A stretch of 61,886 bases of DNA, counting the filler, from Vannella sp. (Eukaryota): the NCBI GenBank assembly GCA_023345925.1. It is 5 parts of 5 records of this genome, joined end to end, with 100 filler letters (N's around TTAATTAATTAA, not from the genome) between each part and the next. Parts side by side here need not be neighbours in the genome. Positions count along the whole stretch, not along the records: positions 47,567 to 54,367 come from JAJQQN010000480.1; positions 54,468 to 61,886 come from JAJQQN010000706.1; 3 more parts are not named here. The stretch is one strand, 5' to 3'. Both the position numbers and the translations under genes were made by a program. Below are positions 48,525 through 60,908 of the stretch, piece after piece (the stretch's first letter is position 1; the number at the start of each line of letters is the position of its first letter). The notes below the pieces were generated by a model. That model was not told the origin of the DNA, searched no databases, and was given only the letters and a program-made list of their open reading frames with translations.

Positions 48525-48681
48525 AGAGGGAGAGTAGGACAGCAAATGATCTCCTCTTCCTGTTTGTTCATTTTAAAGCCACCCCATTCGCGAACCTTCT
48601 CCGGTTCTCTGTTTTTTGGCTCCTTCAGCTTTTGCAAGTGTTTCTAAGAATTGTTCCCGATTTGGTCGTAGATACAATGAC

Positions 48682-48708
48682 TAGGGTTTAGGGTTTAAGG
48701 TTTAGAGG
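48682..48708. repeat. Telomere-like TTTAGGG repeats in a divergent intergenic region
   Basis: tagggtttagggtttaaggtttagagg. Confidence 0.7.
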
Positions 48709-48822
48709 TTCTTTTTTCCTATGGGGCAAGGCGACACATGCTGTGCTGAGAATATATTTTGTTAGAACTTAATGAGATGATTCCGATGTGGATTTCATTC
48801 TCCTTTCTGGACCCTGACGAGG

Positions 48823-51288
48823 ATGAGCGAGGACGCGACGGGCTCCCCAATGTTCGCCTTGAAGAAGATGCGAAAGGACGACAGTCTTTGGGAAGAGACA
48901 CAGAAGAAGGTGCGAAGCGCCCCTTCTTTTCTCCATCGAAGGACCTCTACGAGACTAACCAAGACGGCTCCTCTTTCTCTCTAGACGTTCTGTGGGTGGA
49001 TGAACATGCATTTGGCGAAGAAGGAAATGCGAGTAACAGACTTGCAAACGGACCTATGCGATGGAGTCAAGCTTATCACCCTTCTGGAGATTCTCAACGA
49101 CACGAAGATTGAGGGACGGTACTACCGAAACCCCAAGAGCAAGCCCTACAAGATTGACAACGTCAACTTTGCCCTTAGCTTCATCACGGACACCCTCAAA
49201 ATCACGCTTATCAGCTGCAGTGCCGAAGGTACGCTCCCCGCCCCTCCCGGCGTCTCCTTCTCACTCCCCCTGCTCAGACATCGTCGACGGGAACGTGAAG
49301 ATTATTCTGGGTATGCTTTGGCGTCTCATTCAACGCTTTGAGCTGTCCCAGGACAACTCCCGCGCTGCTCTTCTCCACTGGTGCAAGGAGGTCACCAAGG
49401 GCCACGACAACGTCTCCGTGGACAACTTCCAGTCGTCTTGGGAGAATGGATTGAGCTTCTGTGCTCTGATTGATAACTACGACTCCACTCTCATTGACTA
49501 TGCTTCCTTACGAGAGGACAACAAAATGGGCAACCTCCAACTGGCCTTCAACCTCTTGGAAGAGCGCATGGACATCCCCCCTTTGTTGGATGCTTCTGAC
49601 TTGAGTAACGGCTTGGCAGATGAGCGTAGTGTGATGACGTACCTCTCCATGGTCAACCGAGCTTACACAAACAAGCCCGTTTCCACCTCCGCCACCCGTT
49701 CTGCGCCTGCCACCGCGCCCGTCATCTCCCCTAAGGCCAAGGCCGCTCCTTCTACTCCCTCCACTCCTGTCCCCGCTGCTGTCTCTACTTCCGACTCAAG
49801 TGAAGCGCAGGACGCTTTGAAGGCGGAGCTCTCAACTGCACAGGAGCAGTTGACCCAAGCACAAGAGGCCGTGAAGGCTCTTGAAGAGGAGAATGTTGAG
49901 CTCAAGAACCGCGTTTCAACCCTCGAAAAGGAGGTCGAATCACTCAAGGAGGCTGTGGAGGAAGCTTCACGCGCTGCTGTGCCCGTTGTCGTCCCTGAAG
50001 TAGAGTCCGTCAAGGAGGAGCCTGCTCAAGAGGAGGAGCCTGTTCAGGAGAAGGAGATTATCCAGGAAGAGCCAAAGGAGACGGTTGAAGAGTCGCCCAA
50101 GGAGACTGTGGAAGAGTCGCCCAAGGAGGAGTCCAGGGAGATTCCTGCTGAGAAGGACAATGAAGAAGCCAAAAAGCTTGCATCTGAGCTTCTGGTTGCT
50201 CAGGAAGCTCTGGCAGCAGCCCAGGCTCAGCAAAAGAAGGTGGAGGAGGAGTTGGCCCTTCTCCAGGCTGAGCGGGAGGCCGAGCGAGCTGCCGCTGAAG
50301 AGGAAAAGAAGGCTGCTGCGGCTGCCAAGGCTGCCAAAGATGCTGCAAAGGCTGCTGCTGCCGAGGAAGCCAAGCTTGCTGAACAAGCCAGACTCGCTGA
50401 ACAGGCCGCACTCGCTGATAAGGTTGAAATCGCTTCTGGGGAACCTGAGAAGGAGGTAGCCAGGGAAGAGCCCGCCAAGGAGCCCACCGCTGAAGAGCCA
50501 AAGGAGATCAAGGAGGAGGTAGAAGCCAGAGAAGTCCAAGAGGAACCCAAGGATGATGAGACCAAGGTTGATTCAGCAAAGGAGGAGACCAGAGAAATCC
50601 CTGAGGAAGAGCCTCAGGAGGCAACAAAGCCCTCTGTTGATGAAGATACTGCCCGAGACCTTCCGGATGACGAAACAACTGACAATGCCATTATCTCCTC
50701 AGAGATGTCCGAGACACGAGACAAGCTTCGTCAACAAGTTAAGGTCAGCGAAACTCTCCAGAAGAGCCTCGAGGACACCCGAGAAGAGATCACCATGATC
50801 CAGAAACGCCAGAAGCGCGTAAGTTCTCGCTTTTTCAGCGGACTGCCACTCACTCATCATTCCTCAGGCTCAAGATAAGGCTCTCAAAAAGCAGAAGCTC
50901 AAGTACGACAAGCGCATTCAGCGACGCGAGGACATCATCACAGATCTCAAGAAGAACCACGAAGCCGACCTTCAACAGAAGGACGCCGAGATTGAGAGCA
51001 TCAAGAAGCAGCTTAAGATCGCTCAGAGCGCCCTCGGTGCTGCCGGAGGACAGGATCAGGGAGACACAGTAAGTATTTTCTGTTAGACTCCAGCAGGCCA
51101 TTCCCGCTCATCTTCCCCAGCCCGATCTTGATGAGGATATCGAGTTCCTCAAGAGCGAGAAGAACGAGTTGCTTGATATTGCCAAGGCCTTCGAAGAGGA
51201 GGAGCGCGCAATGGCTGCCAAGTCAGCTGGCGGTGAAAATGAGGAGGACGAAGACAAAGAAGTCTCCGAGACCGAAATAGAGCCTTAA
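48823..51288 (+). CDS. Actin-binding protein with tandem calponin-homology domains and a long acidic coiled coil (4 introns)
   Basis: WEETQKKTFCGWMN, DLCDGVKLITLLEIL, IVDGNVKIILGMLW, SWENGLSFCALI and DERSVMTYLS. Confidence 0.9.
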
Positions 51289-51374
51289 AGAGGCCCAGCC
51301 TTCAAGAAACAATTCCTACTTCTCAAACAAGCCGTTTTATTGCCTTTCTTTGCGTGCTCTCTTCTGGTAGCTTC

Positions 51375-54367
51375 TCATTGTTGATAATGAGACCTCAAGT
51401 GATATTGAACCGCCACGGAGAAGCTCACTTTCTCTCGGACCAGCTCTTCGTAGTCTTCAATATCGTTATTAGAGAGTAAGGCTGAAGTGATCTCGGTGAC
51501 AGATACGGGGGGCTCTTCAAAGTCCTTCTCTGGAGGTGCCCAACAATAATGGGCTCCTCGGAGCAGCACCAAACCGGTGCCTGCCGAGTGGAAGTCCTTG
51601 AACAGGCGAGGAATGAGGTCGTCTCCTGCCTCCACCCGCAGACAAGAGTAAGTCATTTCGTTCAATTGGGCCCGCTGCTCGCCAGTGAGAAGGCGCGGCC
51701 CTCCAAAGCTGAAAACGCCAATCACATTGGCTCCCTTTTCGTGAAAGAGTTGAGCTACTAAGGGGGCTAGAGCCCCACCCACTCCATGCCCAACAACCTC
51801 CACCTTAAAGTCCTTCACAATACTTCGCTGCAAAGTGCGCCGGATGTGCTTGGCAAGTAAAAGAGGAGCGTAGAACTCGACAAGGTTGGCGCGTTTCTTG
51901 CTTTGGAGTTGTAAATCCTCCGCAGAAGCCCATTTGGAACCAATAATCACAATCGATTGTGTTCGGTGCTGTTGGTGCGGTAGAAGACAAAAGTGCAAGC
52001 CTTTGTGAGGTGCCTCGACCACAGAATTGGGGAAGCGGTTGCGAATGGCATCTTTGCCAATGGACAGAGCGGAGCAAAAGCCAATTCGGGTGAGTAAGTC
52101 TGGAAAGTGCACGAGATCTTCAGCTGCTTGGTGCTTCTTGACTCTTTGGTAGCGCATTTCCATGAGAAGTTTAAATTGATTATCCACGCTTTGGCAAGAA
52201 ATAGCTTCCATCCATTCCTCCATCTCTTGGCGACTGCTCGCACATAGGAGGTAGCTATCATGATGTCCCTTTTGGATTTGGCCTGCTGTCCTCTTCATGG
52301 CTTTCATTGCTGAGTCAGATTCACTTTGAGCGACTTCGAAACAGAATTTGCGCTTGTCTTCGGCCTCTCGAACTACAACACCTTCCAATGGCACAATACC
52401 ACACGCTTTGGAAGTTTCTTCTTGCTTTTCTTTGAAGTAATAAAGCACATGGTCACTTAGAATGAACCAACGGCGCTTCCAAGTCTTAATTCGACCTCCT
52501 TGCTTGGTCATCCAACCCATCTTCACCGCCACAGAGTTACCAAACGCAGTGTCTTCCTTTTGCATTTTGATTTCTCGGTCCTTGATGCAGTGATACATTC
52601 GACCGAGGAACTCTGGTGATAAGTCATGCTCCAGACCAGTGTCACTGTTGTTCTTCACAAACTGTTCACAAGTCATCTTGTTCTTAATGGAAGGGTTGTG
52701 CAAGTCAGTGTTCAGCATAATGAGCGAGAAAGCCAAGAGATAAGCTTGATCCTCTGTCGGGAAGATGTTATCTTTGATGTTCTGTTCGTAATAGCAATGA
52801 GCGAACTTCTCCATCACTCGGTCAATCTTCTGCGCTTCTCCTGGTAAGCGGAACTTGCTCAAAAAGGCCCTCAAGGCGTTGTCGAACTCCATTCCTTCAA
52901 AGCTCAGATACTCAATAAAAGCCAGAAGAATGCGTCCGGGTTGCTCGCCAGGCTCGCTAATGTACTCCCCAACAAGTGTACGATTCAAGTGAGAACTTTG
53001 CTTGTGAAGAAACTCCACAATCAGCTGTACGTCGTCAACGTTCTCACGCGAGTGTTCTCGGAGCAAAGCGGATTGAAGAAGATACTCGATTCCCAGTTTG
53101 GGTTTCTGGTTGAATTTAAAGGCTGCCTCTTCATACACTTGGCGAATCTCATCGCTGTTGTTATCAGCCAGTAGAGCTTGGCGAATGGCAATCTCAACCT
53201 CGCCCTTTGCATAGTCTAACGGAACCTTTCCGCAGCTGTTACCTTGATTGTAATCCGCGTTGTGAGATAGGAGCAGTTGAATAGCTGCGAAGTTGCGATT
53301 GAGCTTCACAGCAATCATAAAGGGAGTGTCTCCTTGGTAATCTTGGGAATTGATATCTCCTGAAGCATCCAAAAGCATCTCAATCACTTCTTCTTCCAAC
53401 ACACTGTAGTGCATTGGAGTACGTTGTTTGAAATCCCTCTTATTGGGGTCAGCTTTGTACTTGAGGAGGATTCGGACACAGGGAGGGTGGCCACTTTCAA
53501 CTGCAAGATGAAGTGGCGTTGCCCCAGTCCCATCCTGAAAGTCAACAGTTGCTCCTCGAGCGAGTAGCAGTGTCACTGCATCTGAACACCCACTGGAGCA
53601 AGCCCTGTGGAGAGCACTTGTTCCGTTTAGGTCAGGAATATTGGGATCCGCTGCCTCTTCGAGTAACTCCGAGATAATCGCAATATGTTGAGCGTGGCAT
53701 GCTAAATGCAGTGGAGTTGAACCGCTTTGGTCACTCAGGCATGGATTAGCACCCTGCAAGAGCAAAGTTCTCGCGCATTTAGCATGTCCAAGAAGAGAGG
53801 CTTTGTGAAGGGGAGTCGATCCCTCGTCATCTTTGATATTTGGATCGATTCCACTGTCTAGAAGCATCTTGACACACTCTGTGTATCCTTGGTATGCTGC
53901 ATGCTGGAGCAAGAGAGGAGTTGAAACAATTCTGTGCTGGAAGTGAGTTCCCAGATATTCTGTTCGATTCCCAAGCTCCTTACGCGTTGGACTTGATGAG
54001 GAATGCTGCACATTGGTGGTAGCCTTCTAGTAGACAGATATCCAAGGGAGTCTCCCCTTGGCAATCCCTTACCTCCACATCTGCGTTTCCCCCCACCAGT
54101 AACTGGCAAAGAGGAACCCGATTCTTCGCACACGCTAGATGTAGAGGTGACAATCCTCTTTTGTCTGCGCTAGAGTGAGACGCGCCAGCCTCAAGGAGAA
54201 CTGAGATAATAAGGGGCTGGTTCTTCAACACGGCCAAGTGCAAAGCAGTGGCACCTTTGCGGTCCTGTTGGTTGAGAGACACCCCGTGCTCTATCAGTGC
54301 TTTCACGCACTCAACACGTCCGTGGTAGCAAGCCTTGTGCAAGGCGGTCCGGTTATCTTTGTCCAAC
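51375..54367 (-). CDS. Ankyrin-Sec7-PH ArfGEF (Dictyostelium SecG-like) with C-terminal class-3 lipase-like fold; 5' truncated
   Basis: More than 10 ankyrin repeats; FRLPGEAQKIDR and IMLNTDLHN (Sec7); KQGGRIKTWKRRWF (cytohesin-type PH); VVGHGVGGALA, SFGGPR and DLIPRL (lipase-3 fold). Confidence 0.9.
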
Positions 54368-54467
54368 NNNNNNNNNNNNNNNNNNNNNNNNNNNNNNNNN
54401 NNNNNNNNNNNTTAATTAATTAANNNNNNNNNNNNNNNNNNNNNNNNNNNNNNNNNNNNNNNNNNNN
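54368..54467. other. Artificial contig spacer
   Basis: N44-TTAATTAATTAA-N44. Confidence 0.99.
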
Positions 54468-54474
54468 CAGTCTT

Positions 54475-55560
54475 ATGACCATTTTCCACCCGCTCATGCC
54501 CTTTGGTCGCCACACGCTCCTTCTCTCTCAAGAAGGGGCCCTTTGGGCTTTTGGGAGTAACAATTGCGGTCAACTCGGTCTCGGTCACAAGGACAACCAA
54601 CTGGTTCCAGCGAAGGTCCCCTGGAGAGGCCCACAGCCGGTACAGGTGGACTGGGGATGGGAACGCTCGCTCGTCCTTGATGCGGGGGGCGGTGTGTGGG
54701 AGGCCCGATCCTTACTTGACTCTCTCACCTTTCAGCGAGTCTTAGAAATGCCTTTGATTGCTTCTGTGTCGGCTGGAGGCACTCACAGCGCTGCCATCGA
54801 CACCGAAGGCGGCCTTTGGGTGTGGGGGAGCGAGGAGGATCTCTCTTGGGTGAGTTCTCTTCCACAACAAGTGAAAGGCCTCCCTCCACTCCTCAAGGTG
54901 GCTTGCGGCAACAACTTCCTCGTGGCAGAGGCCGAAGAAGGCCTCTGGGTGTTGGGCGACAACGAGAAAGGGCAACTGGGCCTCGGCCACACCAACAGCG
55001 CCCTCCAACCGACTCTTGTCCTGGTGGAAGAACTCTCTCTCCGCGCTGAAGAACCTCTTCGATGCCTGGATGCCCTCTCTCATGGTGTGATGATCGTCGA
55101 CTCACAAGGAGGCGTCTTCTCGTCTGGATCCAACGTCTTTGGCGAACTGGGGCGCTCTTCTGAGGATGAAAAGAAGCTTCAGCGAATCAAGAACATCCCT
55201 CCCATGCTTGGTGTCTCGTGCGGGCTTAATCACACTCTCGCCCTGGACGAGAGCGGCGGTGTCTGGACCTGGGGAAAGAGTGAAGATGGGCGATTGGGGA
55301 GGGACAACCCTTCCAATTGGAATTGGCGCTGCCCACCCGCTCTGGTCCCCTCGTTGAAAGGAATGAGTGCCCTGCTCGCTGGTGGGTCCCATTCATTGGC
55401 GTTCTCACAGGAAGGCGGCCTGCTGGTCTTCGGATGGAACTATTACGGACAACTCGGACTCGACCAAGATCTTCCCACTCCCGCGCTTTGCCCTGTCCAG
55501 CCCGCTCTCCCTCATTCATTCACCAGCAGGAGCACAACGAAGAGTGCCCGCTTCCTTTGA
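54475..55560 (+). CDS. RCC1-repeat beta-propeller protein, intronless (possibly 5' truncated)
   Basis: Repeated GxNxxGQLGLG and (S/A)(C/A)GxxH motifs; C-terminus SRSTTKSARFL. Confidence 0.9.
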   Translation: MTIFHPLMPFGRHTLLLSQEGALWAFGSNNCGQLGLGHKDNQLVPAKVPWRGPQPVQVDWGWERSLVLDAGGGVWEARSLLDSLTFQRVLEMPLIASVSAGGTHSAAIDTEGGLWVWGSEEDLSWVSSLPQQVKGLPPLLKVACGNNFLVAEAEEGLWVLGDNEKGQLGLGHTNSALQPTLVLVEELSLRAEEPLRCLDALSHGVMIVDSQGGVFSSGSNVFGELGRSSEDEKKLQRIKNIPPMLGVSCGLNHTLALDESGGVWTWGKSEDGRLGRDNPSNWNWRCPPALVPSLKGMSALLAGGSHSLAFSQEGGLLVFGWNYYGQLGLDQDLPTPALCPVQPALPHSFTSRSTTKSARFL

Positions 55561-55883
55561 GGCCCTTCTGCATGGAAGGGGCGGTTGCCATGACCGAAAG
55601 GAGGAAGGAAGAGCTCTCATGAGCGAATAAAAGTGATCGGCCCGCCATGCCAGCCCTCTTCCGACTCCTTGTCCATGACCAAACGTGGTCCTTAGTAATA
55701 ATGACAGGGAGGTGTACGGAAGACCCTAGTCAATGACCAGCTCATAACACCACACACAAGTCTTTCCTCATCAGCAACAATGCACCCTCATTTGGTTCCG
55801 ATGCATTAATTAGGCTTCTCCTGTATAATGAGAATCGCTCTTCACTCGAGCCCAAATCCAAGAGAAAGCAGACTGAGAAGTCT

Positions 55884-58800
55884 TTACTGTGAGCAGAAAT
55901 TGTAAATGTTGGGCCAGAGTGTGACGGAACGAAGAGCGATGACAACGAGGGTGTTGGCGTATTGGAGTAAGTGAACGATGGCGGGAGATTGAGGGTCATT
56001 CGAAAGGTCATTCACAAGTTCTTGCAACGGATGTCCTGTGTGAGGGTCGTAGGAAATAATCTCACCGTTGAGATTACCAGCCAGTAGCCGAGCTGATTGA
56101 TCCTCTTCGTAAATAACCGTCATGGTGGCCGTTAGGCCAGATTGAATGTTCATTGTTCTGACACATTGTAGAGTTGTGGGATCTTCACCTTTCCAAAGCC
56201 TCAGATTATTCAAGGAAAAGGTGCAAACGCAAGAGTAAGTCGGGAGGGAAGTTATCCCGAAGATTCGTTTGGAGTCAGCCACGAAACTCCCCACAAATTC
56301 AAAGCTGGATGCGTCGTACAACACGATGATCTCGCCTGAAGAGCTGGAGGTCATCCAAATCAATCCATTATGTTCTGCCATCTGAAGAGAGCCTTTCAGT
56401 TCCTCAGCACAGAAAGTTTGAAGTATTGTGAAATCCTATCAGTGGATTAGAATCGCTTATCAAGCATGGATCTATTATTGCTTACCTTAGGGTCAACAAT
56501 ATGAATCCTTCCCTCAATAGAAGAGGTTATCCAAACGTGCTGGTGAGATGAGAGTAGCATTGCCCCTCGTTCTGCTGTGGTAAGGGTTATCTGTCGGAAC
56601 AAACTGAAAGTGTCTCTTTCCCAGATATTGACGATCCCATCTTCACCAAAGCTCCAAACATAGTCTCCAACTGTTAATAGAGAACAAATTCGGCGGGGAT
56701 GGGCTTGCCAGTTCTTTCGCAGAGTTATCTCTTTGCATTCCTCGCTCAAACGGTAATTTCTTATTTGGCCACTATTTGTTCCAACCCAAATATCAGCGGT
56801 TACTGATACAAGGCAAGCAACAGAGAACTCTCCACAATCGGCATCTTGAGAAACTTCACTCTTTGCCAAAGCCTTTGGAGCTGTCTCTGAGAAGTCCAAT
56901 TCTGAATAAAAGATACTCTCTTGGATAGCAGCATCAATGGCCACATCCAGGGTGGAAGGAGCTCCCATCTTCTCAAGCCTTTCAATGATTTCGGAAGTTG
57001 TTGGGCGGTCAGATGGATTTGCACTCCAACACTGGCGGATCAGGTTTGAGAAGTGTTCCGGTGTTTCTTTGGGGATGGTTGGTCTCAAATGGTCCTCAAC
57101 AATCGCCCTTTTGATCTCCAAAAGCCTGAAGGTATCAAGGGTCTCATTGAAGAATTGTGGATTAGAAGTGAACTCATTGAAGGGCAGCCGAATTGCTGCC
57201 ATCTCCCACATGATCATACCAAGAGAATAGATATCCGAGGTACAATCATACGAGCCACCATTGCTATCGATGCACTCGGGGGCAAGCCATTGCCATGTAG
57301 CTAAAATCCCTTCTACGGACTCGTGTACTTCCCGTGCAAGTCCAAAGTCTCCAATAACTGCACTGCGGTCATCTCGAAGAAAGATATTGGGCGAGCGAAG
57401 ATCTCTGTGGATGATTGGAGGACTCCTCGTTTGAAGATAGTGCAGCCCTTCTGCAATATCTCGGGCCATTCGAAGGCGTAATTCCCAAGGAAAATCTTCT
57501 TGGGGAATGGATTGAAGGCTCCCTTCGGTTGTGGTGTGCATGAATTGGAAAAGATCACCTGCTGAGAGGAGCTCCAAAACTATCCCCAATGGCTTGTGGC
57601 ATATGCCATGGAAGCGGACAAGGTTTTTGTGCTCGAGCTTGCTCATTGCATAACACTCCATTTGAAGGTCTTGGAACAATTGATTGCAAGTGAAGCTATC
57701 CGCCTTGCTGAAATTGAGTTCTTTCACAGCAACAGGCGCTTGAGAAGGACCTAAAAGAGCCCTATAAACGATTCCGAAAGCGCCGCGTCCTAATTCACCA
57801 TCGTATTTCAAGTGATTGGCCATTATATGAGGTAGATCTGCCAATGCCAAGTCTGGAGCAGCATTAGCAAGAGTGGATTGTCTGCCAGCAGATCGAATCC
57901 CTTGACAGAAAAGTAGAGAGGGTTTCTCGTTCAATACAGTGTCAATGCACTGTTCACTAGAGAAACCAAAGGCTTCTTGTGGGTGCCGACCTCGAGCAAG
58001 GCAATGAGGGCAACAAACAGTCACTGTTGTGATCTCCAAGAGTCGCGGGTAACGGCACTCAATGACCGTCTGGAGGCAAGCAATAATTCGGCGCCACTGG
58101 CTAACAGCGAAAGTGGCATCTTCTACAGCAAAGTGCATGCATATAGAGAGCTCATAATCCTCAGTAAACAGAAAGAGAATGTGAACTTGAGTCGCCAAGT
58201 CGGACTCTCCGTTGGATGTGACAAGATGGGCAGAGATTAGAAGCCCGTTTTGCCACGAAAGAAGGTCGTTTACACCAGAAAGGCGGATAACAGACAACAT
58301 CAGGCGCCCGAAGAAGTGCAGAGGGAGCTGCTGAAAAGAAAAAATCCGGCCAACGCATGCTTGGCCAGACGGAAGGCGCGTTGGAAATAGTCTCTGTTGG
58401 AGCTCGGTATCACTGTTAGGAGAGAGCATAAAGGGGACCAAGATACTATTTTGGGTACGGTTATAGTAGATAACGTCGTATTTGACCAACAGAGCGGTAA
58501 CTACCGAGCATTCTTCAGCAGAGTAGAAGCCTTGGAAGTCCTTCAGAGAAGCATAGCCACATATCACTGCTGTATTCTTGGCACTGATTAAAGTATTCAT
58601 AGTGTCCAGAATCCACGAGGGTCGGAGGACATAGAGCTGATGTGATTGGCCGAGTATCGGATCGTACAGATTGGGAAAGTATGAAAGATTCCCCGCTCTG
58701 ATGAGGAAACCAGTAACCAGCTCCAGGTCAGTAAGAGGAATTCTGCAGTCACTCAACCAATCCTTGAAAACGTCCTGTTTAACGTGCTTCACCCCTGCAA

Positions 58801-60686
58801 TGGACTTGGAGCGGATAAGCTCATCCATTTGAATCCAGGATTGATCTGAAGCAGTGAAGCGTATCGAAGGGCTAATGGCTAGACGTATGAGAACCTCTTT
58901 CAGCTTCTTAGCGTTGAATCCAGTTTTGCAGCTGACTGCGATGAGGGGCTCGGAGAACGCAGGATAGCGCAGCTTTGGGAAATTCTTTTGAATGTCCTCT
59001 GCTATCGAGGCTAGCTCATCCTCTGACACCAGATCGGAGTGCGTTCCTACCACCATAATAGCACATGAATTGTCTAAGCTCCCCTTAATAGACTTGAGCC
59101 AGTACTCAAGGCTGTTCTTCTTGTACTGCCGGAGGTCAAAAGCAACAATGCAGATGGCTCCTCGAGTGAGTAACAATTGATGAGTCAAGTTTTCCACAAC
59201 GGATTGGTTGAGGTCCCATAGCTTGAAGGTGATAGATTCTTTGGTTCCTGATTTCAGTTTCAAGTCGAATGAATCAATCTTGCTCTTCTCCAGTGACTTC
59301 AAATCGGTTGGTTTCGCACCAAACAAGCGGACCAACGAGGATTTCCCAGATGCAGGATTGCCAAGAAGGATAACTTTTCGATAATTCCAAGTAATTGCAC
59401 GGTCTTGGAGTACTTCCAAGTACTTTCGTATCTTGGGCCACTTCTCGCAGCGTAATTCTCGAGGTAGAGAAGAAAGAGGATTCTCCTCAAGAGAACAGTG
59501 CTTGATAGAGGAGAGCTCAAGTGGAATGTTTGCCAAGTTGTTGTAATTGAGATTCAAATCCTTCATGACACCTTTCCGGCACCACTCCACTACGATAGGA
59601 GGGACAAAGTCCATTCCACCATGAGATAGATTGCAAAATCCTAAGTTCAGCTCCAGAAGTCTCGAAGCAAACGCAATGTTCTCAGATTGCACCGCAAGCA
59701 GCAGAGGAGGAGAAGGAGAGTCCTTAAACCAGTCAGTCATAGCATAGAGACACACATGATGAGGTCCTTACCTCGGTTTTGTCAATTTGAACAAAGCCTA
59801 AATCAGAAAGTGTCTGTAACTCAAAGTCCGTTCCGGATTTGCAAAAATCTGTGTACTTTGGAGAAAGTTAGAACAACAACAGCAAAAGTACCAAAGGAGT
59901 CTCTTACCAGGCCAGGAGGTGGGTTTGCTGTGCCGATTCGATAATGAATACCAACTTGGAAGGCCCGGTGGAACAGCTCTTCAACGCTGTGTCAGGACAG
60001 TTAAATTGGAGCCAACGGTTCGACTGCGATAGATTCCTACTTTCTACGAGGACTTATGTCAGCTTCGAAGTGAGCCAAAGCCCCCAGCTTGAGAGAAGCA
60101 AACTGTCCTTGGCTGTTGGAAACCACCCGAATGCCTTGGTTCGCTTTCTTTTCATGCCTTTTGCTGAAGTTTGTTGCAACCTATGGTACTGTCACTTTGA
60201 ATCTCAGAGGGGGATCCTTCATACAACAATAAATGGGACTCGCGGATGCCTCTCGCTGAAATCGGGTATCCAGGTGTCGGAGAGGTTCTCTAAGGTGGAG
60301 TAATCTAGTACTGAGTACACGAATATCGCTACTGATATGCCTCGGCATCTTCTGGGGGTAAGAGGAGGTCGCCCAACGGGGTAAGAGGCTCTCACAGGAT
60401 CTGTACCACATCTGAAAGCTCTTCAATGCCAGAGGAGTCATACAGATAACATTCAAATGACCCAGGAACACCTTGATGCGCATAAGAGTGGTGAACGATG
60501 TGAGGATCTATCAAGGACAAGAAGTCAGCACCTTCCCTCGCGTCTCTTGAGGAGGAACCAACCAAACTCATGGGCAAGCTGATACGCGCCACTTGGATAG
60601 TCCAAATTACTCAGTGAGATAAGCAAATCACGCTTTCCCACACCCGCATCCCCTAACACCACGACCTTCACCCTCTCCCGGCTCAT
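55884..60686 (-). CDS. Roco protein kinase: degenerate Rho-like GTPase, ankyrin-like segment, LRR, ROC, COR, kinase, WD40 (about 7 introns)
   Basis: ROC motifs GNPASGKS, THSD and SCK; kinase motifs GRGAFG, AVK, HRDLRSPN, DFG and WQWLAPE. Six 5' exons join the long ORF in frame through GT-AG introns. Confidence 0.88.
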
Positions 60687-60814
60687 TTGGCTAATTGAAT
60701 GATGCATAACTTTCATTACAAATCCCGTTAATTATAATATTAATAGCAATGAAATACCAAAACTATCATAAAAAACGGGATTTTTTGGCGGGACCGACAC
60801 AGAACTCGTTTTTG

Positions 60815-60871
60815 CGTAGCTTGCCCTGATGACCTCCATCTCTTCAAGATAAGCTTTTGGAGTGATTTCAT
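60815..60871. repeat. Dispersed repeat, copy 2 (matches 14156-14212)
   Basis: 50/57 ungapped identity by eye. Confidence 0.85.
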
Positions 60872-60908
60872 GGCCATCTCTGGGGCGAAGGTCCCACGTA
60901 TTCAAGCC

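Noticed and set aside
50076..50129. 24-bp tandem repeat
   Set aside because: Ordinary coding repeat (KETVEESP x2) in a low-complexity region.
53883..53890. U12-type intron donor GTATCCTT
   Set aside because: Lies antisense within a coding exon; no minor-class intron found.
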